Assembly (NCBI GenBank): GCA_024679065.1 | Contig: JAGIQG010000017.1 | Span: 23,870,001 to 23,934,000, forward strand | Source: Sphyrna mokarran | Lineage: Eukaryota | Direction: 5' to 3' | DNA length: 64,000 nucleotides | Shown: piece by piece, positions 38,275 to 51,716 of the stretch | Numbering within the stretch: the stretch's first letter is position 1 | Layout of the letters: the number at the start of each line of letters is the position of its first letter | Program-made: the position numbers and the translations under genes | The notes under the pieces: model-generated | The model's input: only the letters and a program-made list of their open reading frames with translations | The model's database searches: none | Told to the model about the DNA's origin: nothing

Positions 38275-38407
38275 CTGTTTTGGGGTCCACATCTGCTGGT
38301 AAGTGTGGTGGAGGGTTACCTGGTGTGAAGTGTTCATTGCTGTATGTTATCAGTGGCGTTAACGGGTGGACGTGATGGGGATGTTGCACAACGGGTACTT
38401 TGTTAGA
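38275..38407 (-). CDS. TCF7L2: TCF7L2 exon 6: [45 protein letters not shown]
   Basis: 133 nt, ttggcag|TCTAAC...ACAG|gtaggt; phase 0 to phase 1. Exons 1-5 were not found and presumably lie beyond the window end. Confidence 0.97.
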
Positions 38408-41400
38408 CTGCCAAAAGAAAGACAGGAAAGGAGTGAGTTAGACAACAGCAACCAATCGATGAACCATAACTTAAGACTAATGGCATTGAGTTGAAGGGAG
38501 CCTCCAACAAGGGACACTTGAACATATTAAGTGTTGTCAAAAATCAGAGGTGTGCATTAGATGATGAATGGTTCCCAGTCAGATTTTATTTTGATATATG
38601 TCATCTCTCTTCTGCTATCAATTTAAAAGAATTGTAACAAAGGAGAGTGATTTGAATCACTCTGCACTAAAGCAACCATATCTGTTACAATTTATCAATC
38701 AGGTTTTTGTTACTTCGCAAACATCCACATTTCATCAAGTCAACACACAAAAGAAAACTCCATTAGAAATGAACCATTTCACACAGTTGTCCAGAAAAAC
38801 TCAATCAAGAGAAATTGTGAAAAATACAATTTTTCTTTGGGTTGTAACAAAAAACAGCTGTCATCACCTTAGAGGCTTTGCTTTTATCTGGTATATTTAG
38901 CGCAGTTTATGAATTTTCAGGAACAGAAATATTATTTAATCCTTTTGTCTATTTTATTGACTCCAACTGAACTTGTCCATGAAACTCCGTAACCATTACA
39001 GCCCAAAAGACCAATCACAAGGGCAAGGAACAATTTTTATAAAAGCCTATTTTGATTAACATCAACATTAAAATAACCACAATAACCAAAGAGTCATTGT
39101 GCAACAATAAGCCTTTACAATAAATGAGATCCAACACACTATTTGCTTATGGGGATGTGGGTTGACAAAGCCAGCATTCAGTTCCTATCCCCAAGTTATC
39201 GTACTGTGAATTTAAATATAGATACAAAAATGGGCCTTTAACCTCAAGTTTGAGGAAATATTTTCACGTGTCTTGTCGATACTTTAAAAAAGACAATTAT
39301 TTATGTCATCTGCTTTATTCAATTGCTATCATATACGTGCACAAAGGAAAGTGAGTACATGATTTAAATTCAATCTTTGTTAAAAGGTAAAAGAAACCAA
39401 CAGTAAACTAGATGGAAGATTCATACTAAAATAAAAACCTGAAAACATCCAATCTCAACTCATTCTGATTTTTTTGTGCCCTATCACCCATTTCTATGTG
39501 GACCCACCAGTGACATCTAGCAATAGTAGATCAGTACTGCATTTTTCTTTAAAAGATTAAAAAAAGTTTATTCAAAAAAGTAACTAAGAGAATGTTTTTG
39601 AACTTACAAAACCATAATGGTATTAAGCCTTTTCTGGTTCAATTTTAGCTATCCTCAATGCAAAATGCGCAGAAGCGACTTTTTGAGGTTACGCGCAGGA
39701 ATGTGCATTTTTGAAAAATCACAATTGATGTGCAGAGTTCACAGGGTTAATACCGTTACTACTTAGACTTTTGGTATCACTGTAAACCAAAAAGCAGTCA
39801 TAAACAACCAGGAGAACCTTTAAAAAAAACAGATCTGCTTCTCATCGAAGCAAATGAGAAGTAAAACCTTGAACTTTAGCACAAAGATTTCATCATGATG
39901 CTACAGGGCATTTTCAGCTGTGGAGTCTGCAGCTGCTTGCACTTTGCGTGAAGGCTCTGTCTACTGGCATCATAAGTCTCCTGCAAGTTTATGCTTCATA
40001 AAGAATTTGCTGTAGAATCCTGAGAGCAAACAGCAGGAGGCTACAGCTAGTTATTTACTGTCTACAGTCTCTCCTGTTTCTAATTGGCGCCTGCTACTGT
40101 TGTAATGAGTTTATATGAGGCATGGACAATATAGAATAGATCATGATTCAGTTTATTCCCCTTCATAAATCATTTGAACGTCCCATCCCATCATCAACAA
40201 CAAACTAATTTCAATTGTAATGAAACATTTATTAACAAAAAAAACAATTAGGGCCCAATACAATCTGACTTCCATCTGTCTTATTTTAAAGATTTCTTTG
40301 ATCCTGCACTGCATTCCCTTCAAAATCTATTTATTTGGTTAATATTTCAACCAGGTTAGTGAAGAAGAGCATTAATTTAACATGCATTAACACACAGGAA
40401 CACAGTAGTTAGAATATTACCTTCTTTGCAAAGAACACAGATCTGACACAACCGCAAGAACATTTCCAAAGAAATATGCACAGAGTCGTTCACTCTCTCA
40501 GCTGTATCTGGACTTGACCTGCTGCAACCTTTGAACTACCCCTTTGCTGATTAACCAGGAACTGATCCAACCCTCTGTTTAATACCTTGCCAAGGTTTAA
40601 GATTAACTTCAACTCTTGCCCCATTTTGAGCATGTAAATAACAAGCCTAGTTACACGTTTGGCGTAAAATAGTTCTCCACATCCTTCTCAATCACTCACA
40701 CTATTCTAAGTGTTTGGATGTTATTTTGCTCCAGCCTTCTATTCTGATAGATTTTAAGCTTTAACTGCCATTCACGGCAATGTGGATTTAAAAATGAAAT
40801 CATACATATTTTCCACCACACCCTTTTTTTGTTAAGCCACAGTGCTCGGATCTGTACACAACAGCAGTTACTCTTTCTCTTTTGGCTGCAAGGGGCTCAG
40901 ATGAGTTGTGCAAGTCTCAATCCAATTTCGTTAGGCACAATTCTAAGGCATCAAACTACCCAAATGTTACACTAAATAATCAGTTTTATTCAGAAAAGCC
41001 CGAAGAATATTTTTAAGTGAGAAGTCATAGCTATTTGCAAGTGGGTAATTTTGCTAATGTTGGATTTTTGAGGCTTTCCAAGAAATGGTCAGTGCTTTGT
41101 CTGGACTGAGATCATTTGATACAAAGGGCTCAAATATCATCCGAAAGAGGAACACAAAATTCACCAAAAATATAAACTAATTACTTTCTGGATGAATAAT
41201 TGAAAACTAACATAATAAAATAGTAAAATCAGCATTTTACCCATGTTCAGATGATTAGTAGAAAGCAAAGAAAAAACTGAGAAACACAGGGTGGGGGGGT
41301 GGTGGAAGTGGGAGAAAGGGAGTAGAAAATAACAATAAAAAGGAACACTTCTCACTCCAGAAAAAAAGTATTTGCTAGGATTCACAAAGATTTAAAAACA

Positions 41401-44400
41401 AACTAAATCAATATTGTTTACTGAGGGACAGCTTAACGCATGAAACATAGCGAACCAGCAATTTACATTTCATCCAAATTTATTTTGGATCACGCGATAC
41501 TGCAGTCCAGTTATCCAGTGTTGCCAAATTGATTGAATTCAGATACCCTATAAAACTCATTAGCAAATCAGGTGCTACAAAAAAATCTGTAGAGCATACC
41601 AAATATCATAATACAAAAGGTAGTAATCATCCATAAGACAATGCAACTCTTCAGATTACACCAGTCATAGAGTTAAGTATGAAAGATAGTGGTAAAAAGG
41701 ACAGAAAAAAATAAAAGTTGCTTGATCATAAATACTACAAAATGGGGGAATAAATTAGACCTAGCCCAAGTTCTATATATTCATTTTAAAAATCACATGT
41801 CAGTGTTAGTGTATTTCAAGGAAGTACAGTTATCAGATAAGTATCATCTATTAAGACAAGACAGTAATGGAGGAAGACTTTATTCAGTAACTTCTCATTT
41901 GCCAATCTGGCGGCTGTTCATTTTGTTTTAATGTACTTTATGGATTTAATTCATAAAAATGTAAGAAGAATTTCCAAGTAGTAGATCGGATTTCCTTTTT
42001 TTAAAGAAAAACTTTCACACCTGATTTTCAAGCCAAGTGAAAATGTTGAAGAATAAGTCAATGGGGCATCTCTTCAATGTCAATGATTAGCATGGATTTT
42101 AAACCAAATCTGACTTCCAATAACATGCAAAGGAGAAAAATACTCTTTAGGCAAAGCCTAAAATATGCACAGTCCAAATGATCAAGATTCAGCAATTAGT
42201 AACTGCAGCGATGTTTATTCAGTTCTCAGGCACAGATTTCTAACCTGATGATCGGTATCTACATTTAAGTACTAGTGAGCATGGAACGCTCACACCCTAA
42301 ATCACACATCAGCAACTGAATTCAGTTAAAAACTACTCAGACCACTTTTGTTTTGAACTAAAAGCAACTAGTGTAAATAGGTAATTGAGGGGAGCGGGGG
42401 ACAAAAAGTGTAATTATCGTGTACAAATACAAGTTGTTCTTGTGAGAATACTCTCCAATTCCTAAAGTTTTCCATTGTTCTTTGAGAGACACCACCCAAG
42501 AAAATGATGAATGCATTTGATTGTAACATACGCACTTAAGATTTCTAAAAAAAAATCAAAATACATCAGCTTCGTACATAGCTCATTTGTTCATCATCGT
42601 TATGGAGTTCTTCCTAATATGACATACTTGTAAACTGGAGAACAGAGAGAAATAATCATATTCTAGTTTATTTCATTAAGGATGAGTAATTATTTCCGGA
42701 ATAGGTGAGAGAGTGGGGGGTGGGTATTATTTTAAAACAAAATGCCCCTTAGAACATATTTAGCAGTTTTTAACTTATGTGATTAAGTGATTTTTCATTA
42801 ACTTCACCTGTTAAAAATATACATTGCAAAAGAGATGTATGATAAAAGCTGGAGATATAAAACTACAATCACTTATAGACAGAACCATACTGCTGCGTTA
42901 TCAATAAACATGACTTCTACTACAGATTAGGGATCACCTTCTGTGACGCTGTCCGTTCTTCCTGTGAAAACCACAAACCTGTGGCCTTGTATGCATGACA
43001 CACCTGCATGGTGGAAGTATAAAATGCATGGCTTTGTACCAGATTTTATAGCCTTGTTTTCCAATAACCACTCTCCCCCCCCCCCCAAAAAAAACACCTT
43101 CCCAATTGGCGAACTTAAGCATTTTTATCCCTCTGGTAGAATTTCCATCCTTAATTATAGTAGCCATCAGTGGAAAACTGTATCAAATAATCTTGTCACT
43201 TTGCTCTTTTTAAAAATGTGTTATTTGGGATTACATGAAGGAAAGAGGATGTTAGAATATGAAGCTGCTGCCAAGGGAGGAAATGAAGGAAATGCCTGTA
43301 GGAAGTGGGACTGTCCATCAAACAGTGGCAGTGGGCAGGCTGTGAAGGGAAACCCCTCCTCTTGGATCATTGCACAACACTTTACTCAGGAAACTCTAGA
43401 ATCAACCTCTGACCTTTCAAGTGTACTTAAGCATCACATTCCAAATAAGCTGCAGTGGGAGATATTTCACTAGGGTGGACCCTACACAGTATTCACAATC
43501 AGGAATGTGGCAGTCAAAGATTGATTGAACACTCATACTCCCTCCCCGCATTTTTTTTAAAATGGTAACCCGAGAGAAATGAAAGCTTGCCGTTCACCTC
43601 TGATGTCATTAATCAAGAGGCAGGCAAAACAAACTGGAACGGCTGTGACCGTCTTTCTAGCCAGTCCCTTCTACTGAATGCACCCCTATTGCGTTCATTG
43701 CAGTTCTGTGCAGCTGAAGAAAGATTGGGTCTGAAAAGTGCATTTGTGCTCAAAGTACAATAAAACAAAAGCAGCTACACAAGGGGGCTTGTCAGGCTGC
43801 CTTCCCGAGGCTAATTCTGGCAAGTCCAATGCTTTGCTTAAATTACTAGCCCTGAGCTTGGCTGTACCCAGACATGGCTTACTGTTCCAAAGTTACTAAT
43901 CTTAATGGTCTGCAACACTACATTCTCTCATTCTGAAAGTCTGCTCTCTATTAACTCCCTAATTGCTGGTCAATTATGCCCAACTGCATTTTTTCTTAAA
44001 AAAAAGTTTTTTTAAAAAATAAAAGAGCTATTGACAGTTAAATTTTGCACAATGATAACTTTCCATTAACAGAAGTTGATGGATTTCCTAAAGGACAAAA
44101 TTTAAATACATACTTTCATTCAACTTTTCCTTCACATTCTCACCCACCGAAAAGAAACCCTTCACACCTGAGTAAGCATTTTCTTTCAAATCTACTTTTC
44201 CTATTCTTATTTATACAGTGGTCTGCGCCCTTTTCACAGTATTATACAGCTCATTTTTGGCCAAGGTCTTGCCCTTTTGTTAACTGGCCATTGTTCCCAG
44301 GGACAAGGCCTTCATTGACTAGTAAAACTCTCCTGTTCAGAAAGAGGCTCCTCTTCTCCTCCAACAAACGATGACAGGACCACTGACACGACAGCATACA

Positions 44401-47400
44401 AGACAAAACTGCATGACCAGGCAGTACAAAACCTCTTCAGAATGCTCTCACATATTTCCACGCTGTTCCAGCTGTCAAGAAAGAAAGACCACTTTCTGGC
44501 CACCCAATTGTTAAAATTGTATGAAGCAAACTAAACTAAAATCCAGCTTTGGGGCCTACTATCCTCTTAAATCATTTGCCAGAGGACTACTGTTATTAAA
44601 TACATTTCTTATGTTAAACTATTAAGTACTCAGCTATATTAGTCCTGAGCACATTTTGGGGAGGAGAAAGATTTTAATGCATTTCAGTGAAACAGTCACC
44701 TCTCTGTTAGGGCAGCATTCTCAAGAACTTTCCTCCTAATGACTACCTTAGTGGCGCTCGGATTTCAAAAGACAAATTCACAAGTATGTCAGACTATGTA
44801 TTCAAGAGCAAACCAAACTCACCTCTTCAACATACTACTTTCCCTATATGTAAATAACTGAAAGTAGGCACTTGTAAAAATTTCCGCAATGAAAAAACAT
44901 TGAAACTTCAATTTGGAAGATTTTCTCAATCGCCATTTTCTGAACCTCATAGCAAAACTAACGTGGAGCAGAAAAAACAAACTGGTATCTTTTAGAAGGG
45001 GGAGGTGGTAGTGTGTACAGGGGCTTGATGAGCCCACACTGAAATGTGTAGCCAGGGCTCACATGTCTTCTAAAGGGGTAATTAAAGCTGCAAGATAAAC
45101 ATTAAGAACAGGAGACCACAAATGAAGAAGCAGAAAAGGTGGATTAACATGATATCACTGCATGTTATAGTACATTAACTACCGCTCAAGAATATTCGAG
45201 TTAACTCAAATGGAGGGTGCATTCCATTGCAACTGCAGTGGCTTACTGAAAGGAGCCCTTTATTCCAACCGCTTTAGTAATTCCACCCGCTTTAGACATA
45301 CACTGGCCATCTATAAGTCTTGATGTCATAGGAAAAAAAAGCATTTGAGATTGACATTTGGGAGGTTCTCGACAGTAACCCATAAGTGTAACTTATATAA
45401 TATCAGAAGTTTCGGCAATTACAGCATGTTAAAATGAATAGTTAATCCATATGATTCTTTTTCAGAACATACTTGATATCTGCCCTTACTAACCTAATAA
45501 ATATTTGTCAGTGACAAAACTTTTGTAGTTATCGGCCCAAGTTAGCTATTGAATAATCCAATCTTTTGAGTTTAATATTAATTTTTTTTAGTCAGCTTTA
45601 GATAAATCTTATGGTTCAGTTCATACATTTTGAGTGAATATGGATACTGATCTCAATACTCATGTAATTTTATCAATTGTGCATTCATTTAAATGATTGT
45701 TTCTTATTTCTGATAAGATTGAGCCTGAAGGCAGAAAGGTTGAGCATTACAAAGCAGTTACCCTTTCTTACAATGCATGTATGCTTATTGAGAGGAACCT
45801 TGAGCATCACTCCTTTCAGTGAAAAAAAATCAATTTGCACTTACAGCAGTTCAGTCTAACGTATAAAAGAGTTTCACAGAGTCCACAGTACAATGACTGA
45901 ACTCTGTGTAGGATATGTGTGCCAGACTGGACAAGTAGTACAAGGAAAGTTAACTGACAGGCAATGATCGATTGGTGTTTCAGGTTGACAAATTCCAGCA
46001 GTACAAGACATCTGCCAAGCATGTGACCTGATAAATAGCAGCACTAAGGCTCAAATCCAAGTATTCATTTCAGTATAAAACAGAAGTCACTCGTGTGCGA
46101 GCAAGAAAAACTGAGGGGGAAAAAAAAGACAATGGGACAATTTTATAAATCTACACTAAAGGTTTACCTTTTTTTGTAATGATTATATTCACATGGCCTT
46201 CAAAACATATGAAAAATGACGAGAGTACCTTTGTGGCTATCATTCTGCCTAGAGCTCCTCTCAGTAACATTAATGTAGTTTCAATCAGTGAAATTACCAT
46301 ATTAAGTGATTAAGCAACAAAATATAGTTGAGGCCTCTTAATGGGAACACCCACATGGAGAGCAAAATATTTCCTTTATCCAATTACTACTAAACAAATA
46401 TAAAAATCTTGAGTGGCAATCAAGTGCATATTGGAGCTGTCAAAAACTGAAGTCATTAATTGATCTTTAACAGCAGGTTTGCAATACAGGGAAGAGGACA
46501 CGGAACTATTTCAGTGTTTGTTAAAATTGCATTCATCCGACACAATTAAAAAGCAGCCTGATCAATTTCCATCGCAAATGGTCCTAAGCACTTCCTTAAA
46601 CAAATTTATCTACTACTTCTGTTTATCTCTCTTGATTCAATCATGTTGCAGCTTTCCAACATCAGACCAAAATGTTCACCACAAACCATCAGTTTTGTCA
46701 TTAGAGTACATTAAGGTTTAAAATCAGTCATCAAGTGAATGCACCCTCTCAATTAATAAATAATTTCACTGTATCAGGTGTAGTCTACCAGGCTTAAAAA
46801 AAACAAAAATAAAACCCAAACAACATGTGGGTATTTTGAAATGCAAGGGCAAGGGGGGGTGGGAGGAGTAGGGGGGCACGGGTGGGACAAATCAAAATAT
46901 AGCAAGAGAGAGACCAACAAAAGGTAGATTCAATTTTGTAAATGATAGGTACTATACTTACATGTGTTTAAAAAATTTAACTCATGTCCACAATGACGCA
47001 ATTTCATATCACTTCAAATAATTGTGCTTTTTTATATACTGCTAAAATATAATATGCAACTTGAAACTTCTGGACATTATTACTTCAACATCAACAAGTT
47101 CTATAAAGAGTTATTGCACATCATGCTTAATGCTTTAAGCAATTCACACAGGAATGCTAACGGTTTGCTGTTAAAAAAAATGTCCCGCAGGACACTCGAC
47201 ACGTTTGCGTATTTGTTATTCAAATACCAGCAAATACCAAGTATGAAATGACAGTGAAGTACAACAGTGATATAAAAATGTTTAGTTGCTTAATTATAAT
47301 GGAGGAGGGGAAATCACAGGGAATGGTTATCAATAAAATAATAAAATATCAGCTTTAAAATGCTCGTTTTATTTGTTCTGGTGGTATGTTCAGAACATCT

Positions 47401-48663
47401 GGCACTAATTTTGTTCATAGCAGGGAAAAGACAGCCCCACAGCAGTGGAATACATATACAAATGAAAACCTCAACCTATATACATATTTAAGAAAAACAT
47501 CAGGATTTGTTTTTAAATCCAATCAGAATGCATAATATTAGACCAAATCATCATTTGGGTACATTCTAAAATATCATTGAATGGAAGGCTTTTGTTACAT
47601 CACCCCACAGTGTACAAAAACATGCCAAAACCTCAAAAATGAGGTTTTCCTGCAAACTCAAAAAGACTGTTCAGAAATGCTCCACATTTTCCTTTTTAAA
47701 CATTTAAGAAAATCTTTCGCTCCCTTGCAAAAATCTAAATGAAAATGAGCACATTCGAGAACACCAACTTGCTGTCTACAAGATTCTACAATTACCTGTT
47801 ATATCTGAAGTGTGCCACGCTTCTAATAATTTATTTAAGCCTTTTTTTTTCAAAACAGCAGTTCAGTCTAACCTTCAATATAGCAAATCATTGTGTGCAA
47901 TCTGGTCAGCAATAACGGATAATGTATTTAAGGTTTTAAAGAGAAAGAATATAGGGTAGGGAATAAATTACTCTATAGTGTTAGCAATACTTCTTTTGAA
48001 TACGTAAAGCATTTTGGTTGAAGATGATAAATTAAAACACTTCGCTTTTTAGGATTCAACGGAAGATAATGTAACAGTTAAGAAAAAAATACAACCTTTT
48101 CCCTACCTACCCCCTTGAAAATGGCATGCATAGATTTTTATTTTAAAAGTCTCTGTTATATATTTAGTTTTGTACATCATCTGCACACTGTTGCTTTCAA
48201 AATAGCTTCAACAATTGAGCCACGGAAGCAACTCTACCTCCAGACATTTGAGTATATTTCACTTAAATTTTGAAAGTTAAATTTAACTAAATGAAAGCAT
48301 GACAGCGTAATGTCAGAATTAATCAGGTACAATGCTCAAATGTAAATTCTGCACTGAAATCTGAGTGCAGAATATCCCATAGTAAGCAGCTATCGAGAAA
48401 AATAAATCAGTATTGAGCTGGTTAAATCAACTTTTTTTGAAGAAATCCCAATGTCATGCTGCCTGCAATTGGATTTTCCTTTTTTGTTTCTTCTTCATAG
48501 ACAGATTCTTCTGAAAGCGGCAACACAAAGGTCACAGTTTCAAGTATTGGATAGAAGGTCGCTTGCCTTTACTGACCACCTCTTAACCACAGTAACTGGC
48601 CTTATCTGAAGCCCATCGAGTGAAATAAAACACAAACGTGCACTGTAGCATATGGTAACTTAC

Positions 48664-48786
48664 CCAGCTGTTTAGATTGAGATGCCAGCAACCAAACTGA
48701 TGGAGAAAGGAGAACCCAGAGGCTAGCGTTCCTCCTTTATTGTTCCCTTCTTCCATTCCCAGCAAAATCGCATCCCTCGGGTACAT
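48664..48786 (-). CDS. Candidate alternative first coding exon (41 codons, MYPRDAILLG...NLNSW) in phase with exon 6
   Basis: ATG at 48786, 123 nt open, ends TGG|gtaagt in phase 0. Confidence 0.5.
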
Positions 48787-50844
48787 GCTGCTTTATCTTC
48801 TGTTGTCTCTTAACCTCTACAACTTTTCCCCCCTTTCTTTCTTGCCTTGGTGCCGACTGCGCTTTGTGTCTTCGTGGTTTTCCTAGCGTCTTTTTTTCCT
48901 CTTAAAAAAGTACTAAAAAAAATGTCTCAAAAGATCAAAAGCTTTCCATTTCTGTGGCCTGGTGTTTTTAGAACCAACATTCTCATTCAAGTTTGCCGTT
49001 AGTAACATCTTAGTCCTGGTGTAGTCCTCTGTCTGCCGTGTAGCAGGTACCAAAATTTAGGACACACTCAAACGATAACATAGATCACTGCACCAAAACG
49101 CTCACTTAGAAATGAGTAAGCCCGCACACAGGGGTATAACCCCATGCGTACTATTTATTTTCTTTTCAAAGCCCACAACTCTCCTAGGATTACCAAAATG
49201 ACAATGCTGCAACTCTATATGGAAAGGTATCAATAAGTGCAGCAGTGAGGAGACAAGCATTGGTTAAGGGAGCATGATCAACAAACTGTAGCATGCAGTC
49301 ACATCTGTGGGAATGTCAAACCCCTCACGCTGAACTTCTGGGGGTAGAGTTGCAAGAATGCTCTATTTTCTTTGACACAGTGACACTATAATATATATCT
49401 CACGCACACAGATTCATATACATACAAATATACAAAAATATATGTTTAAAAAAAAGACACCTGTGAGGTCTTGCCATCAGTCCCAGCAGGTTTTTTTTAA
49501 TTACAACAGTAAACAGGGTGGAGAAAAGGCAAAGCACTAGACCTCACTGCAGCTTCTACTGGCTGACCTCAGCTACACACAATATACAAGAGCAGCTTTT
49601 GTATTACAAGGATTCTCTTTCCGAGTTGCTCTTTGCATACTGCTTCCCGTCGCTAATTGCATCCCCAAACAAAACCCTCTCCATCTCCAAATTGGGGGCA
49701 GCTCATATGTTCCAGAAAATGCTTTTCACAATGGAAGCAAAAAGTAATGAAATGTTCCCATTAACCACGCTCACCCCCCCCCCCACCCCCACACCCCCTC
49801 CTACCCCTCCACCATGAATATAGGTGGCATAGAGCCCATGATACCCTCCCACCAACCAAAAAAAAACACAACTTTTTAAAAACAAACTTTACAGGCATTC
49901 AGTTTTCTTAAAAATAAAAAACTCATTCCGTAGGCTCTGCAGAAGATGCCACACACTTTTCCTTCCCGTCTATCTGCCTGATTAGAAAAGTGACAAGACA
50001 CGAGAACAGGGGAAACAAAACACCGTGCGGTTTTTTCCCTCTTTATTTCGTGCTCTGCACTAATCTGGCCTTCGCGTGCAAAGTGTCGGCCAGAAATCTT
50101 TAAGGCCTTAATACCAAAACAAAACCTTTGAATTCCCTTTATATGGTGCAATACAGGCGCTAACAAAGGCAATGAGGCTACAGTTTGACATATAAAAAGC
50201 CCAACAACGAGGCAGCTAATTACATTCCCTCCCTCTATTCATGGTGGCCACCACACTCCAGCAGCTTCTTTTGTCACACGTGCAATTTCTTAAGTAAACT
50301 GGGAGTTTGGTTGCTGATGATGGACAGTTACTAATCATTTAGCACAATGAACGCTAAGTGCGACAGAAAGGATGGGCAACTTCAACACAGATTTCTTTGG
50401 GATTGGAGGATGTGAGAAGAAAAAAAAAGGAGCGGGGTGGGGGCGGTGGAAGCTCGCCACACAGACGACGAAAGGTGAACACTTAAAATACCAGATCCTT
50501 TCAGTTCACATATTTACCTTGCATCTACTGGGGGAGGGGGAAGGAGGCCGGGGGGAGTTGGTGGAGGGAAAGGCAAAAACATGCTGTGGGAAAGAGAGAC
50601 TGCAAATTAAACTTGCCAACTCCGATTAACTTCAGACATTACATCAAGAACAGAATTCTAAATACTTCCATTACCCAATAGTTTTTTCGTTTCACCCCCC
50701 CAACCCACCAGAAAAGTTTTCCATGAAATCTCAATTTAAAACAAAACATGCACCAAAGCACAATTAACCTCGATGTCATATTAGTCAAATCGGAAAATAA
50801 TGCTTTCGAGCGTTCAGTCCTTCTTAAAAATTTTGCTAACTTAC

Positions 50845-50847
50845 CAT
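50845..50847 (-). other. ATG immediately followed by consensus donor (candidate 3' end of an internal first exon)
   Basis: ggtgtaaATG|gtaagtt. Confidence 0.5.
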
Positions 50848-51713
50848 TTACACCTGCTCAAATTACGATGCTTCACACTGCCTGAATTCAAACATGCTGC
50901 CGTTCCTGTGCTACAGCATAAAATCAGCCGGCTCTTTGCGATGTGGGCAGATCCACTGGGGGGCAGCACCCTACCTGAGCCACTTACAGCCGAGATGCTG
51001 CTGAGATAGGGACGCGAAGCGATTACATCCAACTCCAGCTCTCCAGGAAAAGATGCTCAAGTTCAGGTCTATTCAGTGAATTACCTTGCTTCATGGGAAA
51101 GAGATAATGAGATGGCAGCACTCATTTGATCAGAACCAGCCCCAAAAATCACACCAACAGTTTTCAGAGAGGAACAAAAGAACAACAGTTGCTTGCTTTC
51201 TTGGCGACATTAAAACCAGTTGCAGCCTCCCATAATGTTAAATTGGCTGGTATTTTTGAAGCCAGACCAGAGAGAGAGAGAGAGAGACACATAAAAAAAG
51301 TATTTCTTCCCCCCCACCACTGCACCCCCCCCCCTACCCCCAAGGTATATAAAGGCTAAACCTACCGTTTATTTTGCCCACATAGCCAGCTCAGTTTAAA
51401 CATGACCTCCGGGAAATGCTGAACTATGAAATGATTTTGATATATCAATTCAAAGTTTCTTTTTTAAACAAAAAAAAAGGCAACTTAGCAAGTTGTGTAT
51501 CTGAGCTCTAATATTTGCCGCAGCCAAGTGTGGCAAGCGGTTCCATAAAGCTTCCCTGCCCACTTTTGAAGCCTGCGTTACTAACACACGCAGAATGACA
51601 CCACTGAGCGCCTTTAAAGGATACTAGGGAAAAAAAATGACTATTGATCTTCAAATGGTGATAATTGAAAAGATCAAAAGATTAAACAAAATCAAAAAAA
51701 TGCGCTGACTTAC

Positions 51714-51716
51714 CAT
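51714..51716 (-). other. ATG immediately followed by consensus donor (candidate 3' end of an internal first exon)
   Basis: gcataacATG|gtaagtc; A at -3. Confidence 0.55.

Noticed and set aside
42943-43473. 176-aa plus-strand ORF
   Set aside because: Non-ATG start, runs through homopolymers, no recognisable domain; antisense intronic.
50841-51032. 63-aa minus-strand ORF MDVIASRP...RCKW as a coding first exon
   Set aside because: At the 50845 donor it is out of phase with exon 6; at most an upstream ORF.
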